A stretch of 64,000 bases of DNA from Pragia fontium DSM 5563 = ATCC 49100 (GCF_900112475.1 NZ_FOLW01000008.1:146535-210534); one strand, 5' to 3'. Counted from the stretch's first letter, positions 12,108 to 22,529 are shown. Translations and numbers: made by a program. The notes: generated from the letters alone by a model not told the origin.

Positions 12108-12141
12108 AATAGAGATACCGTCATAAATGACGGTATCTCTA
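12108..12141. promoter_or_regulatory. 34-bp perfect palindrome (atagagataccgtcat aa atgacggtatctctat) between the DUF1090 gene and the usher-like gene
   Basis: Exact dyad symmetry. It could act as a terminator or attenuator hairpin, or as an operator for a dimeric regulator. Confidence 0.5.
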
Positions 12142-12167
12142 TTATATTAAGTTAAAATATAAGCGAA

Positions 12168-12620
12168 TTAACGCTTAGATGCCGCTAACTCTGCACGAGC
12201 AGCTTTCAGCTCTTGCTGAACTGCCTGCACTTCAGCTTGTTTCTCTGCTAATTTAGCCTGGTACTTAGCCACTTTCTTAGCATCACCCTTCGCTTTAGCT
12301 TTGTTCAAATCAGCTTTAACTTCCGCTACATCGCTTTTCTTATCAGCCAATTTTTCCTCTAACTTTTGAACTTTCTTCTCTAAGCTTTGAGTTACATTGC
12401 CGCTGTTATTGTTATCAACACAGTAAGCATTCACGTTAGCCAATGCTCTTTTCAGAGAATTAACTTTATTGATATTACCGTATTGCTGAGCGATGCGAAT
12501 TTGGTTTTCAAGAGCAGCGCGCTTAGCATTACAATTTTCGTATGCGCTAGCCATTGTGGAGTAACCAGCAGTCAGTGCCAACACCAATGGAATTAAACTT
12601 AATTTCTTAATGCTCTTCAT
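12168..12620 (-). CDS. DUF1090 (YqjC-like) periplasmic coiled-coil protein
   Basis: 150 aa. Signal peptide MKSIKKLSLIPLVLALTAGYSTMASA, two Cys residues (ENCNAK… / AYCVDNN) and a K/A/E-rich coiled-coil tail, the pattern seen in E. coli YqjC. Confidence 0.65.
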   Translation of the reverse strand: MKSIKKLSLIPLVLALTAGYSTMASAYENCNAKRAALENQIRIAQQYGNINKVNSLKRALANVNAYCVDNNNSGNVTQSLEKKVQKLEEKLADKKSDVAEVKADLNKAKAKGDAKKVAKYQAKLAEKQAEVQAVQQELKAARAELAASKR

Positions 12621-12781
12621 AACAAACTCCTTGTTTTACATATTCAATTTATTGAATAAAAAGGTTTATTCCTCTCTATTCGTCTGAGACTTAACAATAC
12701 TGGTTATATGTCAGTCTCATCAACGCTCCGGCTTCCTAAAGGTCGTGTAGGAACGGATGATAAAGTTGTAGTCCCTGTCAT

Positions 12782-15700
12782 TTACAGCATCAAAAAACAT
12801 TCAAGCTCTTGTTTTAAAATAATTATCTCATTATAGACTTCAGAAACCCTAGCTGCGGTTAACGGTGCTTCCTGTTGTTCCAAGCGCTGACATTGACTAA
12901 TTAACGACTTTGCCCCAATTAACTGCAATCCACCTCGAATGCGATGTAAAGTTTGACGAACTAATTCATCATCTATCTGGGCACTCTGCTGAGCGGCGGA
13001 TAACGTGGCAATATCCTGAGATAACGTCTCTGTCAATAGCTGAATAAATTGCTGGCGAGTCTCCACATTACTTAATTCAATCAGTAATTCACTGGGATCA
13101 AAATGAGAAAAGGTAGGTTCTGGCTCCTGCGATAGCTCGCTCAATTTATCGGCCAGCGCATTCAGACTAATCGGTTTGAATAAGCAATCATTCATTCCAG
13201 ACGCCAGACAACTGTCATGGATGGTTTTTTGGGCGTTCGCCGTTAAACCCCATATTGTCAGCGCCTTAGTTTTCTGCTTTTCTTCCAACTGACGGATATA
13301 GCGAGTCAGGGTATAACCATCCATCTCTGGCATAGAACAGTCGGTAATTAATAAATCAACCTTATGGGTTTTTAACATCGCCAGCGCATTATGGCCATTT
13401 ACGGCGCACTCGACATGATGCCCTAAATATTGAAGCTGCTTCATCAGTAATAAACGGCTGGCTGGGTGATCTTCGGCAATAAGAATGTTCAGGCTGGCGA
13501 CAGGTAATTTACTTTTTTCAGAAGCCTGGCTAACCAGACCGGTATTTGCTAAACGCGATAAATATAGAATAACGCTGACTTCCGTACCGATACCAATCTG
13601 ACTGCTTAAAGTAATATCGCCCCCCATCATCTGTGCCAGACTTCGACAAATATACAGCCCTAATCCGGTTCCCTGATATGAACGCTCATCCCCTTGAACA
13701 AAAGGCTGAAATAATCGTGATTGGGTCTGTTCATCAATACCGCACCCCGTATCTTGAATCACAATATGCAGCTCAAGCTGTTCATGATTGCTATTGATTA
13801 AATGCGCCTGTAATACTATTCGCCCACGTTCAGTAAATTTAATGGCATTACTGAGTAAATTAGACAAGATTTGCTTAAAGCGCATAGGATCGATTAATAC
13901 ATTATCGATAATGTCAGCATCAATCTCTAACTGAAACTGCAACTCTTTCTGGCGAGCGACCCCTTCAAACATCATCGCAACGGATTCAATAAGCTGACGT
14001 ATATTGGCCCGTTCAGGACGCAGCATAAATTTATCCGATTCTATTTTTGATATATCTAATATGTCGCCAATTAATGTTAATAGCGATAGCGCTGAATCAT
14101 GAGCAATTCTGATCGAATCCCAATCGGCAGATTCATTGGTTTTTCGCCGTAATAACAGTTCAAGCATGCCGATAATCGCCCCTAACGGCGTACGAATCTC
14201 ATGACTCATGGTGGCTAAAAATGTACTTTTTGCCCGGCTCGCCTTATCGGCAATCTCTTTGGCATGCTTAAGTTCAATAATCAGCTTTTCTCTTTCCGTG
14301 ACATCAATCCAGCCACCGATATAACCCCAAACATCCCCGGAAGGTGATAAAAACAACTGGTTCCACTGATGGATAGTGTGAAGTTGATCATGCAGATTAA
14401 CCTGCTTAGTAATAAAAACGGGCTCTTGAAAATTAACCGAAAGAGGAACCGACTTCATTCCATCTAATCCGTCCGGCAATAGCGTAAAGTCCTGCCCAAT
14501 AGTCTGCTCTTTTGTCAAATTCAACTCGGTTAAGAAACGCTCGTTAACGTAAGTTAACCCTCCCTGATAATCCATAATATAAACAGGGAGAGGAATGGCA
14601 TCTAACAACGTTTGTCGAATATGATTGCCCTCCCTTTTAATCGCATGATACTGGCGATAGACATAAACGATGACGATAAATAACAGTATGATTAAAATAC
14701 CGTTAAGCACCGAAGATGCCAGATTAAATCTGGATGGGCTAACCGCAGAAGCCTCATTAATGGTGTTAAATAAATTGGTGTTGGTATACCAATTGCTGAT
14801 AACCGCATGTAAATCTTCTGGTGGAATATTTAAAATCGCTTTGTCTAAAATAGTGACCAAAGGATAATTCTTTGGTGATACTGCCAAAACAAAACTGGCA
14901 GGATCGCGGTCAAGGCTAGCAATAATCTCCAGACTATCGGCATAAAATCGCGGCAACATAAAGTCAGCGCTAATGAGAGGCAGAACCATCATATCCACCT
15001 TCTCATCTTTTACCCAATCTAGCCCAATACGCAACGTTGAAGCCCGTATAATCCGACTCCCTGGATAGGCATCGGTTAAGTCATTATCTAACGGATAGCC
15101 ATCCATAATGACAATAGTCTTAGGCACCGACTGTCGACTAAATCTATTCTTCTTCCCCACCAATACTCTGGAGTTAAGAAAAAATGATCGGGTTGCTAAT
15201 AAATCATTAGGCAGTGCAGAATCTAAGGTGATGCCACCAATAACAATATTGCTGCCGGTTCGTGCGTACTCCAATGCTTTCTGCGATGATTGGAGTTTAG
15301 TTACCTTGAACTTTAGTCCGGTACGGATAGTGATTGCTGTCAGTATATCGGCAACTACGCCATGAAGTTTCCCTTTAGCATCAAAGAAATAGAGGGGAGG
15401 TATCTCTTCACCAATAACAACCTGCACCTCTTTGTTTTCATCTATCCACTTGCGCTCAAGTGAGGTAACAAACGGATGGCTATCGCTTAAAGATAAAGGA
15501 ATGCCTCCATTCCAACGACGTTGAATATCCACCCGAATGTTTTCAGGAATAACGCTTAAGGTTTTATTAATAATATTGATTAGTTTTTTATTATCATTTA
15601 TCGCTGCAAATGATAATCCGGGCAAATTAAAATCCAGTAATGGATACATCGTCAGATTATTCAAATTAGATTGATTAATCAGATATTGCACCGAATTCTC

Positions 15701-16339
15701 TTCACCAATAAAAATATCAACATGTTTAAAAGAGAGTTCCTCTAATGCCCTACGATCGGAATTAAAGGTAATAAAATTAGCATTAGGATAATATTGCCGA
15801 ATTGCCTCTACGTTGGCATAGACAGGTGATAATACAACATTAACCTTTTCTCTATTTTCTCTGTCAGGATTTAAATTAACAACAATTGATGGCACATTAG
15901 TAATATAGGGACGACTTAATAGTAAGTTATACGTTTCTTTTTCGTCATAGCCTGCATTAATAATCAAATCAATTTTCCCACTATTTAAATCCGCTATCAT
16001 ATCTGCGTAATTTAAGTAATAGAAAATCTTTGGCTTAACGTTTAAATTCCAGGCTATTAACCCCAAATAGTCAGCACTGACACCGGTAAAATCCCGATGT
16101 TCAGTGGTAATATCATAAGGTGGGAAGTTATAAGCATAAACGCCGACCTTCATGATGCGTTTTTTATGTAACCAAGCCCATTCATCCGGCGTTAGCTCCA
16201 TATCAAACAAAGTGATTTGCGTTCGTCCCAACAGGCTTAACTCACTAAAAGCCGCCGTGGAACCTTGAGGTTTATCATTTGCCAGAACAACCAGCGAATT
16301 GATAAATATCAATAATAACAAAACGATACGATGCAGCAT
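12782..16339 (-). CDS. evgS: Hybrid sensor histidine kinase of the BvgS/EvgS type (two periplasmic solute-binding domains, TM, PAS, HisKA-HATPase, REC, HPt)
   Basis: 1185 aa. H-box SHEIRTPL, G-box IQDTGCGI…GTGLGL, receiver …LITDCSMPEMDG, and a C-terminal HPt with a His in TLHRIRGG. The large N-terminal periplasmic region ends at a TM segment (ILIILLFIVIVYVY). Confidence 0.85.
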   Translation of the reverse strand: MLHRIVLLLLIFINSLVVLANDKPQGSTAAFSELSLLGRTQITLFDMELTPDEWAWLHKKRIMKVGVYAYNFPPYDITTEHRDFTGVSADYLGLIAWNLNVKPKIFYYLNYADMIADLNSGKIDLIINAGYDEKETYNLLLSRPYITNVPSIVVNLNPDRENREKVNVVLSPVYANVEAIRQYYPNANFITFNSDRRALEELSFKHVDIFIGEENSVQYLINQSNLNNLTMYPLLDFNLPGLSFAAINDNKKLINIINKTLSVIPENIRVDIQRRWNGGIPLSLSDSHPFVTSLERKWIDENKEVQVVIGEEIPPLYFFDAKGKLHGVVADILTAITIRTGLKFKVTKLQSSQKALEYARTGSNIVIGGITLDSALPNDLLATRSFFLNSRVLVGKKNRFSRQSVPKTIVIMDGYPLDNDLTDAYPGSRIIRASTLRIGLDWVKDEKVDMMVLPLISADFMLPRFYADSLEIIASLDRDPASFVLAVSPKNYPLVTILDKAILNIPPEDLHAVISNWYTNTNLFNTINEASAVSPSRFNLASSVLNGILIILLFIVIVYVYRQYHAIKREGNHIRQTLLDAIPLPVYIMDYQGGLTYVNERFLTELNLTKEQTIGQDFTLLPDGLDGMKSVPLSVNFQEPVFITKQVNLHDQLHTIHQWNQLFLSPSGDVWGYIGGWIDVTEREKLIIELKHAKEIADKASRAKSTFLATMSHEIRTPLGAIIGMLELLLRRKTNESADWDSIRIAHDSALSLLTLIGDILDISKIESDKFMLRPERANIRQLIESVAMMFEGVARQKELQFQLEIDADIIDNVLIDPMRFKQILSNLLSNAIKFTERGRIVLQAHLINSNHEQLELHIVIQDTGCGIDEQTQSRLFQPFVQGDERSYQGTGLGLYICRSLAQMMGGDITLSSQIGIGTEVSVILYLSRLANTGLVSQASEKSKLPVASLNILIAEDHPASRLLLMKQLQYLGHHVECAVNGHNALAMLKTHKVDLLITDCSMPEMDGYTLTRYIRQLEEKQKTKALTIWGLTANAQKTIHDSCLASGMNDCLFKPISLNALADKLSELSQEPEPTFSHFDPSELLIELSNVETRQQFIQLLTETLSQDIATLSAAQQSAQIDDELVRQTLHRIRGGLQLIGAKSLISQCQRLEQQEAPLTAARVSEVYNEIIILKQELECFLML

Positions 16340-16344
16340 TAGTA

Positions 16345-16971
16345 CTATCCCTGATACTCATTTTCCATAATTTTTTTCAGTTCATTGAGATCTGTGGTAT
16401 TGGTTTTTTCAAACAACCTAGACTTATAAGTACTAATGGTTTTATTGCTTAATAAAAGTAGGTCACCAATCTCTTTATTGGTTTTCCCTTCAATTAAATA
16501 GCGTAGTACGGCGATTTCACGATCGGACAGCTTCTCCATCATACTGATATTATTATGGTGAGAGGCATAGTAAATCAGTCGCTTTAAACAAAAGGACGGA
16601 AAACAGCTATAGCCATCAATAACCTGCTGGCAAATTTGGCCTATCTGCTTTAAGTCATAATCTTTACTAACAAATCCATCAGCTCCTGCACGTAAAGCAC
16701 GTTCAGAATAAATCTCCGGATTTTGCCCGGTGAGAATAATCACCTTTATCTTTTCATTAAACTGTTTAATGCGGCTGAGAATTTCCATCCCATCCATAAC
16801 CGCCAAAGAAATGTCAAGAACAACAATTTCAACATCATGATCTTTAATAAAGCTCATTGCTTTAATACCATCAGTAACTGACTGAACAGAAAAATCATGA
16901 TTTGCTTCCAATACCGCTTTCAAGGCAAAACAAATCGCGGGATGGTCATCTACAATCAACACATTAACCAT
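16345..16971 (-). CDS. evgA: NarL/FixJ-family response regulator (REC + LuxR HTH), EvgA/BvgA-like
   Basis: MVNVLIVDDHP…VVLDISL receiver. C-terminal LSDREIAVLRYLIEGKTNKEIGDLLLLSNKTISTYKSRL helix-turn-helix. A GGAG SD sits before the second Met (16971). A 5-bp gap to the kinase gene suggests an operon. Confidence 0.85.
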   Translation of the reverse strand: MVNVLIVDDHPAICFALKAVLEANHDFSVQSVTDGIKAMSFIKDHDVEIVVLDISLAVMDGMEILSRIKQFNEKIKVIILTGQNPEIYSERALRAGADGFVSKDYDLKQIGQICQQVIDGYSCFPSFCLKRLIYYASHHNNISMMEKLSDREIAVLRYLIEGKTNKEIGDLLLLSNKTISTYKSRLFEKTNTTDLNELKKIMENEYQG

Positions 16972-17396
16972 CGCAATCTCCATATTATGCGCTGTTTATA
17001 ATAATAATGTTAATTGATGAAAAATAAATACTCAATAAGTAATTATTTATTTTACCCACCAGAAAAGACAAATAATGATAAATGAAATAAAAAGAGACTT
17101 TCAATGAAATAATGAAATCTAAATATCAAATTAAAGTAAAAAGCAACAAATTAAAAATGTTGCTTAGTTTTTTACCTATCATGGAAAAAGTGACATTAAA
17201 CAATTTCAAATAGTGAACGATTAAGCCCTATATCGGGCATCTGGAAAAATGATATTTAATACATTGAGTTAGCTAACAGTTCTTTGCCAAAACAGGATCA
17301 TGATAAGAATAATATGTTGCGGTTGAATATATAAAACCAAGTCAGCCAGTCGAAATTAACTCACATGAGAAGGCGAAATAATCAACCACCTAAACA

Positions 17397-18038
17397 CTAG
17401 AAAAAGATATCTTTATTGATAACGGTAGGATGCAGGCGAGCTTGCCAATCATTTAACGTCACTCGGGTTAATCGAGCTATCCCCTGATAAAACGGATGTT
17501 CAGTCTTTTCCTCCAACAGCGCCACAAAACGATGGCTCCACGGTAGCAAATGTTCACCCAGTAACGTCCCGATTTGCTCCGGCTGATTCTCAGCTAACCA
17601 TGCCGCCAACATCAACAATAAACCAATATGATCTTCCGGTTCACGATGTTGCTGTTGTACTTCAATCCCTAATGTTGACTGCCAGCGACGTAAATCAAGG
17701 GTAGAATCGCCAAAAATAACACTCTCACGATCTAAATAAACTGAGCCCCAAGGCGGTGCCGGTAACGAATCAGGGCCAATAAACAGACGCTGAAACTCTT
17801 CAGATAATAATGGGCGGCTTCCCTCGGCTAAACCTAAATTAATTAAAACCGCTGCCTGCTGAATATCAATCCTCGCTCCACAAGGCCACTCATCAACCCA
17901 GCCATCATGGTTCAACCATGCTAGCAAAGAAAGCACATCTTGCTGTTCAGGAGGATAATACAATAAAGCCCCCAACATCCGGCCAGTTAATGAAATATCA
18001 TCAATATCTGCCAAACTCGGCATAGGAAGAGAACGCAT
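17397..18038 (-). CDS. dmsD: Tat proofreading chaperone DmsD (TorD family)
   Basis: 213 aa. …PPWGSVYLDRESVIFGDSTLDLRRW…EPEDHIG… is collinear with E. coli DmsD. Confidence 0.85.
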   Translation of the reverse strand: MRSLPMPSLADIDDISLTGRMLGALLYYPPEQQDVLSLLAWLNHDGWVDEWPCGARIDIQQAAVLINLGLAEGSRPLLSEEFQRLFIGPDSLPAPPWGSVYLDRESVIFGDSTLDLRRWQSTLGIEVQQQHREPEDHIGLLLMLAAWLAENQPEQIGTLLGEHLLPWSHRFVALLEEKTEHPFYQGIARLTRVTLNDWQARLHPTVINKDIFF

Positions 18039-18109
18039 AAATAACCTTTGTCTTATTTAGAGAAAAAAGCGTGCGGCAGCCTATTTGCTACCGCACACAA
18101 TATCATTCG

Positions 18110-18964
18110 TTATCCACCAAAGGTAACGCCAACCGTCATATGTAAATTATAAAATACTGCCCGTCCAATAAGTTCACCGCAGACGACCAGAACAAATCCC
18201 AGCATCATAACTGCAGTTCCTGCCCGCTTTTCTGACAGCATAGGGACAATCCATAAGCTCAAGCCAGCAGCCACCATCACCAAACGTAGTGTCATTAACT
18301 GGCCATACTGTGGAACCAATACGGTGGCGGAGGTGACTGAACTGTGTAAACTCGCCAGTTCACTCCCCTGCATTAACCCTGAACAGGCACTGATGATTAA
18401 CGCAATAACGCCGATCGCCGCCAGCCCTTTACCACGACAATCGCCGTCACTATTTTTCAGTATACTCCCCAGCAGTGAGCCACCAATCAACATTGTCAGG
18501 AAAAAATTCAGCGTGGTATAGCCGTTATCCCAAGTTGGTACCGTTTCTATTTGATAGACCCGACACATAGCGTAAACAAACGCCACACCGGCAATCATGG
18601 CAATAACCAGCCATACTTTACCCAAGGCTTTAGGCATCTTGCCCAGTATGGCAACTAACCAATAAATACCACCAATGGCAAAAAATATCGAACCAAAGGC
18701 AATCTCATTACTTAATCCTGATTCGCCAATACGATTCAACGAGTTAAATGCTCGGCTCATGGTGCCTAAATGCATTACCGAGGCCAAAAAGGCGATGCCC
18801 ATCAGCACCCAGATAAAAAACATCCCCCGATGAATCGATTTCCTCTGGCGCTCATCGGTTTTACCGCATAATAACGCCAGCGCCAGTACAATGAATCCAC
18901 CGACAGCACACTGCCCCAGTACGGTAAATAACATTAACGGCCATTCATGCCATCCCAGTTCCAT
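18110..18964 (-). CDS. dmsC: Anaerobic DMSO reductase membrane anchor subunit
   Basis: Start MELGWHEWPLMLFTVLGQC matches E. coli DmsC; 8 TM helices. The ORF-track start at 19006 overlaps dmsB, so I prefer 18964. Confidence 0.85.
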   Translation of the reverse strand: MELGWHEWPLMLFTVLGQCAVGGFIVLALALLCGKTDERQRKSIHRGMFFIWVLMGIAFLASVMHLGTMSRAFNSLNRIGESGLSNEIAFGSIFFAIGGIYWLVAILGKMPKALGKVWLVIAMIAGVAFVYAMCRVYQIETVPTWDNGYTTLNFFLTMLIGGSLLGSILKNSDGDCRGKGLAAIGVIALIISACSGLMQGSELASLHSSVTSATVLVPQYGQLMTLRLVMVAAGLSLWIVPMLSEKRAGTAVMMLGFVLVVCGELIGRAVFYNLHMTVGVTFGG

Positions 18965-18965
18965 A

Positions 18966-19586
18966 TTAAACCTCCTTCGGATTGGATAAATGACCGGTAG
19001 TATCACCTACCGGGCGACTACAGGCGTTTGGTTTTAGAACAATATTCGGCTGAGTATATTTGGCTGCCGGGAGTGGTGCCACCGCCGCCAGATTGCCGTG
19101 TTTTGCCCGCAGTTCTTCAATTGGACCAAAATCCAAAGCTCGCAATGGACAAGACTCAACACAGATCGGTTTCTTGCCTTCATTAAGCACCCGCTCATGA
19201 CAACCATCGCACTTGGTCATATGACCTTTAGCCGCATTATATTGCGGCGCACCATATGGGCAGGCCATATGGCAATAGCGACAGCCAATACACACTTCTT
19301 CATTAACCAGTACAAAGCCATCTTCCCGCTTATACATCGCTCCGCTTGGGCAGACTTTGACGCAGGCCGGATCGTCACAGTGATTACAGGCAATAGATAG
19401 ATAGTAAGCAAATACGTTCTGATGCCACACATCACCGTCTTTCTGCCAGTCTCCGCCAGCATATTCGTAAATACGCCGAAAGCTAACGTCCGGCGTTAAA
19501 TCTTTATAGTCCTTGCAGGCCAGTTCGCAGGTTTTGCAGCCCGTGCAACGACTTGAATCGATATAAAAACCATATTGCGTTGTCAT
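18966..19586 (-). CDS. dmsB: Anaerobic DMSO reductase Fe-S subunit (four [4Fe-4S] clusters)
   Basis: MTTQYGFYIDSSRCTGCKTCELACKDY… with four Cys clusters. The conserved N-terminus begins at Met 12 of the ORF, and that start leaves a 10-bp gap after dmsA. Confidence 0.9.
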   Translation of the reverse strand: MTTQYGFYIDSSRCTGCKTCELACKDYKDLTPDVSFRRIYEYAGGDWQKDGDVWHQNVFAYYLSIACNHCDDPACVKVCPSGAMYKREDGFVLVNEEVCIGCRYCHMACPYGAPQYNAAKGHMTKCDGCHERVLNEGKKPICVESCPLRALDFGPIEELRAKHGNLAAVAPLPAAKYTQPNIVLKPNACSRPVGDTTGHLSNPKEV

Positions 19587-19596
19587 TGATGGCTCC

Positions 19597-22038
19597 TTAA
19601 ACTTTTGCGACTTCAACAAGGTTAGTGTGTTGCGGATTACCTTTCGCCAGAGGAGAAGGTCGTAACGTGGTTAGCACATTAATGCTACCGGCATGATCAA
19701 CGCCTTTTGCATCGGGTGAATACCAAGCCCCCTCGCCCAATGCCACTACTCCGGGCATCATGCGGGGAGTAACTTTGGCATTAATTTGCGTTTCACCACG
19801 ACCGTTATATATACGAATCATGTCACCGTTTTTGATACCGCGTTGTTGTGCATCGATTGGGTTCATCCAGATTTCCTGACGAGCCGCTGCTTTAAGGACA
19901 TCAATATTGCCGTAGGTTGAGTGACAACGAGCTTTATAATGAAAACCGATTAACTGGAGAGGATACTGCTTCCTCAGCGGATCATCTGAACCCTCAAAAG
20001 TAGACACATGAATAGGTAGAGGTGAAATAACATCCCCTTTAGGCAGCTCCCAGCTTTTTGCCATGTCAGCCAAACGCTCAGAATAAATTTCAATTTTTCC
20101 TGATGGTGTATTCAATGGATTAGCAACAGGATCTTCCCGGAAGGATTGATAAGCAATGAAATGACCATTCGGATCTTTACGCTTATATACCCCCATTTGA
20201 CGGAATTCTTCAAACGTTGGCAGTAGTGGATCTTTCTCACAGGATTGTTGATACAGATGACGTAACCATTCTTCCTGTGTACGCCCTTCAGTAAATTGCT
20301 GTTCAACGCCCATGCGTTTCGCAATCTCAGACGTCATTTCATAAATAGAGCGGCATTCAAACTGTGGTTCAATCGCTTTATCAGCAAAAATAACGTAGCC
20401 CATATTGCCGGATGAAGCATCCAGACAGAAGTCCATCTGCTCTGATGTCGTCAAATCTGGCAGCAAAATATCAGCACAGCGAGCGCTGGCGGTCATATGG
20501 TTTTCAATCACCACAATCATTTCACACTTGGTTTCATCTTCCAGAATTTTCAGCGTGCTGTTGATATCTGAATGCTGGTTAACCATGCTGTTACCGGCAT
20601 AGTTCCAGATAAACTTAATCGGTTGTTTCAGCTTATCAGTGCCTCGTACCCCGTCACGCGTAGCAGTCATCTCTGCGCCGCGCATAATGGCATCGGTCCA
20701 CAGGAAAAAAGAGATACTGTCTTTAACCGGGTTTTCTAAGGTTGGAAAACGAACAAATGGAATAGCATAAGAGCCTTCACGTGCTCCGGTATTACCGCCG
20801 CTGATCCCGATGTTACCGGTTAAGCAGGCTAAGGTGGCGATAGACCGAGCCACCATTTCACCATTAGCATGGCGCTGCGGCCCCCAGCCCTGACAAATAT
20901 AGGTCGGTTTCGCCGTCCCGATTTCACGCGCTAATTTGATAATTCGCTCGGCAGGAATAGCGGTAATTTTTGCCGCCCATTCAGGGGTCTTAGCAATACC
21001 ATCATCACCTTCACCCAAAATATAAGCTTTGTAGTGACCATTGCGCGGCGCACTTTCCGGTAGCGTTTTTTCATCAAAGCCAACGCAATATTTATCGAGG
21101 AATGGCTGGTCAATCAGGTTCTCAGTAATTAAGACGTAAGCCATACCGGCAACCAATGCCGCATCCGTTCCCGGCGTGATAGGAATCCACTCATCTTCTC
21201 GACCGGCAGCCGTATCGCAATAGCGGGGGTCAATAACGATCATTTTTGCATTGGAGCGTTCGCGTGCCTGCTCCAACAAATAGGTAATCCCACCGCCGCT
21301 CATCCGTGTTTCTGCCGGGTTATTACCAAACATCACCACCAGTTTGGTATTTTCAATATCAGAAATACTGTTACCGGAACCGCCACCGTAGGTATAGCTC
21401 AATCCCGTGGTAATTTGCGCCGTACTGTAAGTGTTATAGTGATTCAGATAACCACCACAGCAATTCATTAAGCGGGCAATCAGCGAGTTACCCGGTGGCC
21501 ATGAACGGGTAACCGTTCCACCCAGCGTGCCGGTGGCGTATTGTAGATAAACCGCTTCGTTACCATAATCCTTAATGATGCGCTTTAGATTATTGGCGAT
21601 TTCATCGTAGGCTTCTTCCCAAGTGATACGCTTAAATTTACCCTCACCGCGCTTGCCTACTCGTTTCATGGGGTATTTCAGGCGATCGGGATTGTATACC
21701 CGACGACGCATTGAACGACCGCGTAAACAGGCTCTAACCTGATGTAATTCCTGATAAACATCTTCACCAGTATTATCCGTTTCAACGTATTTAATTTCAC
21801 CGTTACTTACATGCATTCTCAATGGGCATCGGCTACCGCAGTTCACGGTACAGGCGCTCCAAACCAGCTTTTCGTCGGTTGCAGCATTTTTTCCATTCAT
21901 TTCTTCAGCATTAGCCGAACCAAAGGGTAAAGAAACACCACCGGCCACCGCGGCTAAACCACCCAGTGCGCTGGTTTGTACGAACTTACGTCGGCTTACT
22001 GGTATCAATACCGGGCTGTTCTGATCGTCAAGGCTCAT
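19597..22038 (-). CDS. dmsA: Anaerobic DMSO reductase catalytic subunit (molybdopterin, Tat-exported)
   Basis: 813 aa. Twin-arginine signal SRRKFVQTSALGGLAAVAGG. Cys-rich N-terminal Fe-S motif CTVNCGSRCPLRMH. Confidence 0.92.
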   Translation of the reverse strand: MSLDDQNSPVLIPVSRRKFVQTSALGGLAAVAGGVSLPFGSANAEEMNGKNAATDEKLVWSACTVNCGSRCPLRMHVSNGEIKYVETDNTGEDVYQELHQVRACLRGRSMRRRVYNPDRLKYPMKRVGKRGEGKFKRITWEEAYDEIANNLKRIIKDYGNEAVYLQYATGTLGGTVTRSWPPGNSLIARLMNCCGGYLNHYNTYSTAQITTGLSYTYGGGSGNSISDIENTKLVVMFGNNPAETRMSGGGITYLLEQARERSNAKMIVIDPRYCDTAAGREDEWIPITPGTDAALVAGMAYVLITENLIDQPFLDKYCVGFDEKTLPESAPRNGHYKAYILGEGDDGIAKTPEWAAKITAIPAERIIKLAREIGTAKPTYICQGWGPQRHANGEMVARSIATLACLTGNIGISGGNTGAREGSYAIPFVRFPTLENPVKDSISFFLWTDAIMRGAEMTATRDGVRGTDKLKQPIKFIWNYAGNSMVNQHSDINSTLKILEDETKCEMIVVIENHMTASARCADILLPDLTTSEQMDFCLDASSGNMGYVIFADKAIEPQFECRSIYEMTSEIAKRMGVEQQFTEGRTQEEWLRHLYQQSCEKDPLLPTFEEFRQMGVYKRKDPNGHFIAYQSFREDPVANPLNTPSGKIEIYSERLADMAKSWELPKGDVISPLPIHVSTFEGSDDPLRKQYPLQLIGFHYKARCHSTYGNIDVLKAAARQEIWMNPIDAQQRGIKNGDMIRIYNGRGETQINAKVTPRMMPGVVALGEGAWYSPDAKGVDHAGSINVLTTLRPSPLAKGNPQHTNLVEVAKV

Positions 22039-22529
22039 AAGTCACCTATTGCTTTATCATTAAAGAGTCAATTGAGTTAAATTATTTTTATTAAAATTTT
22101 GTCATTAGAAAAAACAGGTAATAGGAAAGTGATTAGTGCCGGAAGCTATCAAGCCAGATAAATACATCGCGTTTATCTGAGAAGGAATAAGAGTCGTTGT
22201 TATTAATCTTTCCTAATTTAGATTAATCATATTACTTAATCACCGAGCCTGAATATTGCTCTCAATCAATGATAGAGGGATTAGTAATGCCTTTAGCATC
22301 AGCGTAATGCATGCGGATCAATAGATAACATCACAGCTACAAAATTGATTACGCACGCTAACAATTTGTGTTATTAGTCTATTAATAAAAGATAATGAGT
22401 ACCGTTATCAAAATAAAAATATTTTAATATCAAATAAGAAATTGAATTCAATAAAATAACGATATTTTTTATATAGTAAATTTAGCGGCCAAAATTAAAA
22501 GGTACATGCTTAATATGCGGAAAATAAAA

